Sequence record: NC_041994.1
Reading direction: 5' to 3' (one strand)
Length of the DNA stretch: 64,000 nucleotides
Shown here: in pieces, positions 52,841 through 61,800 of the stretch
Numbering within the stretch: the stretch's first letter is position 1
Layout of the letters: each line of letters begins with the position of its first letter
Program-made: the position numbers and the translations under genes
Notes under the pieces: generated by a model
Seen by the model: only the letters and a program-made list of their open reading frames with translations
Told to the model about the DNA's origin: nothing
Database searches by the model: none

Positions 52841-55800
52841 TAGCAGTTCCTCGGTATACAGCGGCGACGTGCTTGGACAGCGCTGACAGGTACATGTTGG
52901 TGGAAGCGATCAGTTTCGGAGACAGAACCATCCGCTCCTCGACCGATGTGGTGGCAAACTTCAGACCGAGGTTTTCGCCAGTCTCCAGGGTGTTGTCACC
53001 CTTGAACACACCCGAGATGATGGTTTTCATCTGGTTGGCTACTACGCCTTTGTCGCCGATGCCTGCGGCCACGTCGTGGTCGATGTAGATACGGATAGCG
53101 AGACTGTCTGGATCGATCGGTTCGCCCTTGATGCGGAAGCTGAAGTCCACCTCGCCAGTGAAAGGGGTTTCACCCATGGCTTCGGCGAAGTCTTTCCGTT
53201 CTTTGTCGCCACGTTTCGCAATGCCTTGCAGTGATTCGGACATGTCCTCGAAGTCTCCATGATAGAAGATCTCGATTTTGGACACCGAACCCACCATTCC
53301 AGCTTTCGGCGATTTGGCATCAATGCGGCGCAGGGTATCCAGCGCTACATCGTCAAAGATTGGGTTATTCGCCAGCTCAGGGTCTTCGATTCTACATAGA
53401 ATTGTCTCCAAGTCTACGTGGTCACCGACCTTCACCAGTGCATCAACGTTCTGATCGAACCGCACTACTACGTTACGGATCTCAGTCGCTTGTGTGTTGA
53501 ATTGACGTGCGATGTCTTCCGAGATCTCACAGCCGTCTTCCAGCGTGGTGATCTTTTCCATGAAGGCGACGGTGGTCATTACACCCATCTTCATGGAAAC
53601 TTGAGTCGGGTTGAACCGATCCATTTCGAAGAACTTGCTGTTGTAAGACAGCGTGTCGCCCGTCTTGAACGCCTGGCCTTCTTTCAGCTCAGTCGTCAGT
53701 GTGTGAGGGTAAGTGTGACCAGCGGCGATGCCGTGACGCAGACCCAGCGGCAAGATCTCGATGGTACCATCCGCATAACGGACTTGGATCGAGTACTTGG
53801 TGATCTTTTCCACAACACCATCTTGATCGGCAGCAGAAGCAAAGACCGCGGTGTTGCACTGACCCACGACTTGCTCTTCACCGGTACGCAGTGGTTGTAC
53901 GCCGTAGCCGTCAGCGAAGATCGCTTGTTGCCACTGCACCGACACGAAGCCGATACGTTTCATGTCATCGTGCTCAACGCATGGCGACAGCAACGCAGTC
54001 GAAGAGATCAGCTTAGCAGGGCCGTCCCCTTCTTGCTTCGGACGAGTCATACCACGCAGGTCGGTAATGTTCGCGTCTTGTGTCAGGTAAGCGATAACCC
54101 CTACTTCACCCGAGTCCACTGTGGCTTCGCCCGTGGTGCCTTGATCGTCTTCGTGGAACACACGAGTACGCTCAACCATCGACACCGAAGAACGACCACC
54201 ATCACCCCGATAGGTGTAGCCTTCCTGCTCACGCAAGTTAGCCATCGGGTTGGATTCTTCCACGATACCAACAGACGGGTCTTGGACCAGTTTCTGCCAT
54301 ACCGCGTAAGGGTTCAGTTCTACGCCAATCTCACCGCCCGAGGAACGGTTGTTGAAGGACTTGACAGCACGAGACAGCTCACCGTACACCACACCCGAGA
54401 AACGCTCATAGCCACGATAGCGCATGAACTTCGGATCGGTTTCTTTCGGACAGTAGTCAGACATCAACAACTCAACCGAACGTACGAGCAGCTTACTGAA
54501 GTCGGTAGGCTCACCCATCTTCAGCAACAGGCCTTCGGTGATTGGGTCAACCCACGCGGTTCTCAATGCATCGAGCTCACGCAGGTAACGCACACCGAGG
54601 TCTGCTTCTTCGAGCAGACGGTAGTAGACGTCTTTCTTGTCGAAGTCCCACACCGAGAACTTCTTCAAGCTCCGGTGGTAACGGTTCAAGCCGTTCAGGA
54701 TCATCGTGGCCCGTGCATCGGCTTTGGACAACACAATCACTTCGTCTTGGAAGACGAGCTTGTAGGAGTCCTCTGGCATTTGCAGGGTTTCACCACGAGG
54801 GTGACGGCTGTGCTCCACACCCAGCTCTTTGATCAGAGCCGACAGACCGTGGTAGTACGCCAGGGTGAAGCCCACTGGGATGAACTTGTTCTGCACAGTC
54901 ATCTCAGCGACGTCTTCAGGAGCACGAGCGGTAGACAGCCCGATAATGTCCGTCAGAGTACCCAATGCGTCTTGGCCGTCTGGTGTGTTGATGTAGAAGA
55001 TGTTGTTGGTGTCTACGCAGACGCATTTGCCATCAGCTACACCGACTGCCACTTGACCCGCGGCTTCGGCTTCTTTGATGTCAATGTCACGTTCTGCGAA
55101 CCACGCTTCACGTTTGGAGTAGTCGAAGAAGAACTGGTATGCACCGCTGTTGAAAGCAGTGATCTGTTTGGCGATCATGGAGTAAGCGCGAGGGAGCGTC
55201 AGCTCTTCCTGGAACACTGTACCCAATCGAAGGTCGGTGATGCTTTCGTCTTTCTGGTCCAGTGCGGTGGCTTTAATAGCTGCCAGCAACCAGCGTTCGT
55301 AGTCATCCGTCTTACGCTTAGAGCGATCGACGAAGACCTTGTTGAAGTACGAAGTCAGGGCTACGCGGAAATCATTGACCTTGCGGATAGGCAAGTCAGC
55401 GCGTTGCCACTTCATCCGGTACATCACGCCGTTGGACATGAACCGGCCGTCTTTGTCGACGACAGGGACACGGAAGCGCACCGTGGTCTGGCGACCGCGG
55501 ATAGGTTTGATGGTGACCGAGTGGATCTCGTAGTGGTTCATGGCGTCTCGCACCACTTCCACTTTGTAATCCTTGACCGCTACACCCTGTTTCTGAATCG
55601 CGATGACCGCGTTCAGGATGTCTTTACGCATCAGGTTGTTGACGTAGGTCTTGGTCACCGTCTTGAGCTTAGCGTTAAGCATGCTCTTGTCGATGATGGT
55701 CGGTTTGTCAGGCAGAGATTTCTCCGGAGGCAGCTGAGTGTCCTCGGGAGTGATCTTCATCGCGTCTTCGATGGTCTGCCCGGTACCGTAAGGATCGGGG

Positions 55801-57179
55801 AGGTCCTTGAACTTCAAGGAGTCTTCAATAGCACGGTTCATCGCACCAGCGGTGATGACGCCTGTGGCATTGAGTTCGTAAGCTTTGAGCGCAATAGGCG
55901 CTACGTTCGGATCGCCCAAGAGCTGATCAGCGAAACTGGTAGGGGTGTCGTCTGGATCGTCATCAGTGATGTCGTCCATGGTCGTGCCAATCGCTTCGAC
56001 CGGTTCATCGTCATCGTCGGCTGCCGTGTCCAGCACACCCGTAGACTGTGGCGGTGGGGTAGGCATCTCGAACGGATCGACTTCCAAGCCTGAGAACAAA
56101 TCGAGACTGTCACTGCCTTCAGTCGGCGCAGGACCTGCGAGCTCACTCGCGTCTTCGTCATCGTCCTTACTGGTGTCGGCCGAACCCGTGTCATCAGTAA
56201 CGACCTTCTCAGTGACCTTGATCGCTTTGGTCGGTGCTGGCTTCTCTTCTTCCCCAAGGTTCAGGAACAAGCCGTCAGCATCTTCATCCAGCTCGGTACC
56301 GTCGACAATGAACTCATGCAGACCACGCAGCAAGCGAATGAACGCCACCTGCAACTGGCTGCCGTCAATCCCGGTTGGGTTGATGACGGTTTCTTTACCG
56401 TTAGCATCCTTGACCTTCTCTTTACGCCAGGCGTCGAGTTGGCCCAAGTTCAGCACGAAGAAGTGAGTACGCAGACGGAACAAGAAGTTGATGTGTGGGT
56501 AGACCTCTTTCGGGATCACCGACATCTTCGACTTGGCGCGATCGTCACCCAACCACACGAACAAGTCGTGTGCAGTCAAGTGAGACGACGTTGGGAACAT
56601 CTCCAAGTTCGTCTGACTCACGCTACTGGTCAGCAGGTTCCATTTCGAGATCGTAGGGATCGTGTTAGGAACCTCGAACTCGATGTACTGGTTCCAGCGG
56701 AAACGGTCGTGTGCTTCAACGACATGCTTCCAGAACGTTTGTGTGTTGTTCGTCCAGCGGTACAGTGTGGCCTTGTAGGACGCGATGTACTTGTAGAGCG
56801 GGTTCAGCATGTTGTAGTTCATCACCAACATGCTTTTGTTGTTGATCAGCAGGGCTTCATCTTTACGGATCGGACGGAACATCCGGTTAGCACGTTTGAA
56901 GTCTGCTTCCAGCGTGGTGGGGTTAACCACCGAACGCCGTGGGTTACCGACTGTGCCTTCGAGGAACTTGATGTGCTCGATGAACAGACGGCCACCTTCT
57001 GTATTGAAGATGCGGTCTTGCGGAGACGGTCCAACAATAGCGCCGTTATCACGGTAGTACTGAAAGATCGAACTCAAGGGCAAGTTGAGCTTGCCCATGG
57101 GTGCCATACGGGGCTTGAGCAGCTGAGCACGCTGCCGCAATCCGTAGAGCAGATAAAACTTAGGCTGTTGGTAACGCAT
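52815..57179 (-). CDS. rpoB: Virion RNA polymerase beta subunit, N-terminal part (phiKZ gp178-like)
   Basis: FMSNGV, RTRVFHEDDQG..ATVDSGEVG, HDDMKRIGFVSVQWQQ, TLEDG, GDKGVVANQMK: divergent RpoB motifs. Confidence 0.92.
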   Translation of the reverse strand: MRYQQPKFYLLYGLRQRAQLLKPRMAPMGKLNLPLSSIFQYYRDNGAIVGPSPQDRIFNTEGGRLFIEHIKFLEGTVGNPRRSVVNPTTLEADFKRANRMFRPIRKDEALLINNKSMLVMNYNMLNPLYKYIASYKATLYRWTNNTQTFWKHVVEAHDRFRWNQYIEFEVPNTIPTISKWNLLTSSVSQTNLEMFPTSSHLTAHDLFVWLGDDRAKSKMSVIPKEVYPHINFLFRLRTHFFVLNLGQLDAWRKEKVKDANGKETVINPTGIDGSQLQVAFIRLLRGLHEFIVDGTELDEDADGLFLNLGEEEKPAPTKAIKVTEKVVTDDTGSADTSKDDDEDASELAGPAPTEGSDSLDLFSGLEVDPFEMPTPPPQSTGVLDTAADDDDEPVEAIGTTMDDITDDDPDDTPTSFADQLLGDPNVAPIALKAYELNATGVITAGAMNRAIEDSLKFKDLPDPYGTGQTIEDAMKITPEDTQLPPEKSLPDKPTIIDKSMLNAKLKTVTKTYVNNLMRKDILNAVIAIQKQGVAVKDYKVEVVRDAMNHYEIHSVTIKPIRGRQTTVRFRVPVVDKDGRFMSNGVMYRMKWQRADLPIRKVNDFRVALTSYFNKVFVDRSKRKTDDYERWLLAAIKATALDQKDESITDLRLGTVFQEELTLPRAYSMIAKQITAFNSGAYQFFFDYSKREAWFAERDIDIKEAEAAGQVAVGVADGKCVCVDTNNIFYINTPDGQDALGTLTDIIGLSTARAPEDVAEMTVQNKFIPVGFTLAYYHGLSALIKELGVEHSRHPRGETLQMPEDSYKLVFQDEVIVLSKADARATMILNGLNRYHRSLKKFSVWDFDKKDVYYRLLEEADLGVRYLRELDALRTAWVDPITEGLLLKMGEPTDFSKLLVRSVELLMSDYCPKETDPKFMRYRGYERFSGVVYGELSRAVKSFNNRSSGGEIGVELNPYAVWQKLVQDPSVGIVEESNPMANLREQEGYTYRGDGGRSSVSMVERTRVFHEDDQGTTGEATVDSGEVGVIAYLTQDANITDLRGMTRPKQEGDGPAKLISSTALLSPCVEHDDMKRIGFVSVQWQQAIFADGYGVQPLRTGEEQVVGQCNTAVFASAADQDGVVEKITKYSIQVRYADGTIEILPLGLRHGIAAGHTYPHTLTTELKEGQAFKTGDTLSYNSKFFEMDRFNPTQVSMKMGVMTTVAFMEKITTLEDGCEISEDIARQFNTQATEIRNVVVRFDQNVDALVKVGDHVDLETILCRIEDPELANNPIFDDVALDTLRRIDAKSPKAGMVGSVSKIEIFYHGDFEDMSESLQGIAKRGDKERKDFAEAMGETPFTGEVDFSFRIKGEPIDPDSLAIRIYIDHDVAAGIGDKGVVANQMKTIISGVFKGDNTLETGENLGLKFATTSVEERMVLSPKLIASTNMYLSALSKHVAAVYRGTANARAKRKP

Positions 57180-58830
57180 GAGCCACCCGTGGTTTTGGAT
57201 TGCCAGTGATGTACAGCAAGGTCAGGTTGACGGTGTGAATGTCGATACCAAAGCTCATCCCACCCCCTGCTTGAATGTACGCACGGCGTTTGGTGAAATA
57301 CTTCTTCGCCTCAGCCACTGCTTCATCAGAGTAGGTTGCGTTATAGCTCATGGTGTCACCGTCGAAGTCAGCACCCTTGGCTGTCAATCGAGCTGGTGGG
57401 ATGGAGGTCGAGTCATGGTATTGCGGGACGCTGTCACCGGAGAGCTTCGGATATTCCTTAGCCACGATGGATTCATCGCGTTCCCAGTTGTCGCCCATGC
57501 CGTAGCGCAGTTCGCCTGGCACCGTGGTCTTCACGTACTGCATCACTGGCGAGGAGCTGTTAAAGTTCTCTACCGGGTAACGAGTCACGAAGGCTGCGGT
57601 GTCTTCCCACATACTCAATCCGGCGAGGTAGATCATCTCGACGTAAGAGATCGGGCGTACAAACTTGCGATCCAACTGTTCCGGGAAATCATCCAAGTCA
57701 CGGAAGATCTTGAAGTTACCTTTGTCGTCGACGTAGACCAGTGCCAAGTAATGGCCTTCGATCTCGACAGGACGATGGCGCTTCTCGATGACCGAGAGTT
57801 CGTCCACGACGCCTTCCAGACCTTCTTCCGTGGACCAGCGGTCCATGGTTTCGTTGGTGACGTCCACCCATTTCAATTGCAGGGTTTTCTTGTCGATCAG
57901 TTTGATCGAGTTCGAACTGGAGGCGAAGATCGATTCGAGCAGGTTCACGCGCAGGTTGTAGATGGTCTTTGGCAGTACAGCAGAAGCCGCCTGATACAGA
58001 CCCACCACAGCATCGTTGAACTTAGGACGGTTAGGCGCATCGAGGTCGACCGCCGTTACGTCCAGCGAGGAGATCACGTTACGCGTACCGTTGAACACTT
58101 TACGCGAGGCCCACTTGGCCTGGATCATCCCGCCTTTACCCTTGATCAGGGTTTCAAGGTATTCGTAGATAGCCACCACAGTGCACTGGGTAGCGTAGCG
58201 CGTCCGGTCGTAGATCGACAGGTCATCGCCACGGGTGATCCGTTCAGGGAAGTTACGCCCTTGGATCAAACACTTCTGATAAAGGTCGTTGATTTCACCG
58301 ACCGTCACACGACCGGCTGCGTCGACTTCTACGTCGCGCAAACCCGCAGGCAGTACCAACAGATGGCTGAAGGTCGCTTTGCCTCTGTAACGCTCGATCA
58401 GCTCGATCTGGACGTTACGTGTGGAGCTATCACCCTTCTCGAAGCGAAGTTGCTCCCAATACTCCATGAAAAAGGTGTAGCCCGTCCGACCGGTGACTTC
58501 GTTGGCACGTTCGAAGGTGCCTTTGGCCTGACTGAAGGTGGCGTACTCTTTACCCGCCATGATGTCGATGAAGAACGAGCGCATCTTGGACAACACCCGA
58601 AAGATGATCGGGTGCAGCACCGGCAAACGTAGGTCGATGTGAGCAAAGGTTTTATCCCGCAAGGGGTCGCCCACCCGACCAAAGATCGTGGTGGAGAACA
58701 GACCTTCATCATCGAAGCTACCTCCCGGGCCATCCATGATACCCAGACTCTTGACCTGCGGCACCAGACGGAGAGACTCCGGGGTGGGGATCAAGAGACT
58801 GATGTTCAAGGGCAGCATTTTCTTTTTCAC
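57160..58830 (-). CDS. rpoC: Virion RNA polymerase beta-prime subunit, N-terminal part (phiKZ gp180-like)
   Basis: GLFSTTIFG, AHIDL..PVLHP, VLPAGLRD, catalytic GADFDGD. GTG start at 58830 with GAGGGG RBS. Confidence 0.93.
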   Translation of the reverse strand: MKKKMLPLNISLLIPTPESLRLVPQVKSLGIMDGPGGSFDDEGLFSTTIFGRVGDPLRDKTFAHIDLRLPVLHPIIFRVLSKMRSFFIDIMAGKEYATFSQAKGTFERANEVTGRTGYTFFMEYWEQLRFEKGDSSTRNVQIELIERYRGKATFSHLLVLPAGLRDVEVDAAGRVTVGEINDLYQKCLIQGRNFPERITRGDDLSIYDRTRYATQCTVVAIYEYLETLIKGKGGMIQAKWASRKVFNGTRNVISSLDVTAVDLDAPNRPKFNDAVVGLYQAASAVLPKTIYNLRVNLLESIFASSSNSIKLIDKKTLQLKWVDVTNETMDRWSTEEGLEGVVDELSVIEKRHRPVEIEGHYLALVYVDDKGNFKIFRDLDDFPEQLDRKFVRPISYVEMIYLAGLSMWEDTAAFVTRYPVENFNSSSPVMQYVKTTVPGELRYGMGDNWERDESIVAKEYPKLSGDSVPQYHDSTSIPPARLTAKGADFDGDTMSYNATYSDEAVAEAKKYFTKRRAYIQAGGGMSFGIDIHTVNLTLLYITGNPKPRVAHALPTA

Positions 58831-58890
58831 ACAGAACACCCCTCGGGCAAGACAACAATATGAATGATTACACTGTACCGGAGACCGTAA

Positions 58891-61800
58891 ATGGCCGGCA
58901 AAAAGAAACTAAGTTCCTCCAAGTCGGGCCCAATGCTGCTCGGCGGTCTGGACCTTGACGATATCGACAGCCTGCTAGACGACGGTGGTGGTGCTTCCAA
59001 GACTGGTAAGCGGACCCCTAAGGAGTCCATTCGCAAGCTGGCCACTGCCACCAAGTCGTCCTTGCGTGATCGGGTAAACACCCGCTCCGTGCTTTCTTCC
59101 TTTATTCGTACTTCTCTGCCTGACGGCTACACCCGTTTGCTCGGTCTGTATGACGAAACCAAACAAGGTATCGAGTCCGTTGCCGACGGCATTGAAGAAA
59201 CCGAATTCGCTTCGCTTGAAAAGCTGGCGATCAAGTTCGAGAACCAACTGCCAAAGCTCAAGGGCAAAGTCTCGGACGCGGTCTATGAGCGCATCAAGGC
59301 CAAGATCGAAGATCGTAAGGAAGACTACAAACTACGTCGTCAGATCGACCAAGCCCAAGCGGCTCGGAAACGAGGCGACTACGACGAGAAGAGCGAACAG
59401 CTCGGCGTCGATTCGATGTTCGCAGAATTGGAAGATGCTGAGGATCAAGCTGAGCTTGCCAAAGCGGCCAGTGATGTCGAACACAATAAATTAGATTACG
59501 ATGTCAAGAAAGATGGCATTCGAGCGAAGCTGGATAAAACCCGCTTCAACATGCTCAACCGCCGACTGGGCATCATCGCTGACGCCGCTCAGCGTAACAC
59601 CGCCTACAATGACACCATCACCTACCAGTTCCAGAAGAAATCTCTGGAGCTGCAAATGCGTCAATACCTCGCTACCCGCAGCATGGTCAAGTTGCAAACT
59701 GACACACTGCAATTGCATCGCGAGGCGTATACCGCTTTGGTTCATAACACCGGCCTGCCGGAGTTCATGAAGGCCACTGAAGCTGAACGCATTAAGTGGC
59801 ACCTCAAAGAGAAAGCTCGCAACCCATTCAAGCAGCTGATCTCCAAGACCGCAGGTGATGCGGCCAACAACTTCTTGCCAAACCTCTTCAACAACATCGG
59901 CACTAAAGCCGGTGGTATCGTCCGTGGTGCTGGGCAAGCAGGTGAGGGTGGTCTCGGGATGATCCTGAACCGCCTGATGCAAAACCCAGAAGAAAACGGC
60001 GGTGCGTTCCTTGGGGATGCGTTGGCTTCGATCTTGCATTCGACACTGATTCCGATGGCGGCCCGTCGTGCTCGTCCCGGTGCTCAAAAGCTTTCGGACA
60101 AACTGACAGGTGGTGCGGACAGTCGTATCGCTTACACCATCGACAACCTCGCGGCACTGTCGCAACAGTTTGCTAACGACCCTACGCAGTCGGTTGGGAT
60201 GAAAGGCAAACTGCAAGGTTTGGTCAAACGTTTTGCCCCTCAGTTCCGGCAAGATGATCTGGTCAAAACGGGTACATATCAAACCATTGGTGAGTCGGCC
60301 TCGTTCAACCAGATGACGCAGCGTTCTATCGTGGAAGTGATCCCGGGTTATCTGGCCCGAATCCTCCAGGAAACGCGGATGATCCGTACCGGTGATGACA
60401 GCATCGGTCGTGAGGTTTATGACATCACGCGGGGTCAGTTCACCCAAGAGAAGAAAGCGCAGGATAACCTCGCTAAGCGGATCGTTGGTTTGGGTGCACG
60501 TCGTTCGATCAAGTGGACACTTGGCAACACCTCTGAAAAGTTTGGTGCTGGTGACGGTGGCTTATCGCCTGAAGCCAAGCATGCGCTCGAAGAGCGTTTG
60601 CTGCGTGATGCGATGGAAGGTCGTCACTTCGATCCAGAAGCGTACGTCAAAGTAGACGGTTATGCCCCGGGGACCGATCCTGCGGTACTCCAAGAACTCG
60701 AAGGCTTCTTCAAGAAGCAGTTCAAGTTCGATGCCTCCGGCAAAATGGAGAAGGATGCGGATAACTACCGCAAGCGTCAATCGTTCTCTACGGAGTTCAA
60801 CTCCCTGCGGGATTCGGTACGTAGTCCGATCGCTGAGATCGAGCGTCTGCTGAAGTCGGGTAACCACACTGCACTGCGTGACCTTGGGATCATCAAAACG
60901 GTTGAAGGCGAAGACCGGATTGATTATGCCGTGCTGCGCGACATGTACCGCGATCTGGGCGATCCTAACGCCTCAGGTGATCCTACCCCACCACCTAGCC
61001 CTACTGGACCGCTGTTGTCGGGTCTGCGTAAGAAGCTGCGTCAAGCAGCCGATGCGGCGAAGAAAGGGGGTCGTCGTGCACGTAAGCGTGCTGGTGAGTT
61101 GGGAGACTCGGCGCGTGATGCGTTGGGTGGTTTGAACCCTAACGACCTGATGGACACCGGTGACATCCGTGACTTGGTGAATCGTCAACGTACGACAGCG
61201 AGTGACAAAGTCCGTGCAGCGAAGGACAAGGTCAGTGACCTGATCATCGCGGGTAAGGATGAGGTTGCGATCAAAGCCGAAGAGATCATGAACGGTGATC
61301 TGATCGACGTCACTACGCAGAAGGTCATCAAACGGGTAGAGGATATCAAAGGTGAAGTCGTTGACATCACTGGTCGAGTGCGCCTGACTCGGGCTGACGT
61401 AGCGGGTGGCCTCATTGCGGCCAACGACGGTAAGGTCCACGATCTACTCAAACACCTCCCCACCCAAGTGCCTGCCAACGTCATGGCGATGTTGTCACAG
61501 CAGAAGCAGACAGTTGGCAACCTGATCCGTAAGGAAAACGGTGTCATGTCTCGGGTGGTTGACCTGTATCTGGAAGGCGCTAATGACCCTGTCATTAAAG
61601 CGGCCGGTATCCGTGCAGGGGAATACATCGACATCGCTAGCCAGAAGGTCATTGAAACCATTGACGACATCAGTGGTGCAGTGGCCCGGGTAGACAAGCC
61701 TGAAGAGGTTTTGTTCACCGCACAAGAAGCTGCTGAGAAATTGGTGGAACGTTCTGGTAAACGCTTCAAGTCGTCCAAGCTGTTGCGTGCATTGGCCTGG

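Noticed and set aside
52815-58830. Intron, intein or homing endonuclease in or between the RNAP genes
   Set aside because: Both ORFs are continuous and overlap by 20 nt; no intein, HNH or LAGLIDADG motif recognised. Split RNAP subunits are established for this family.
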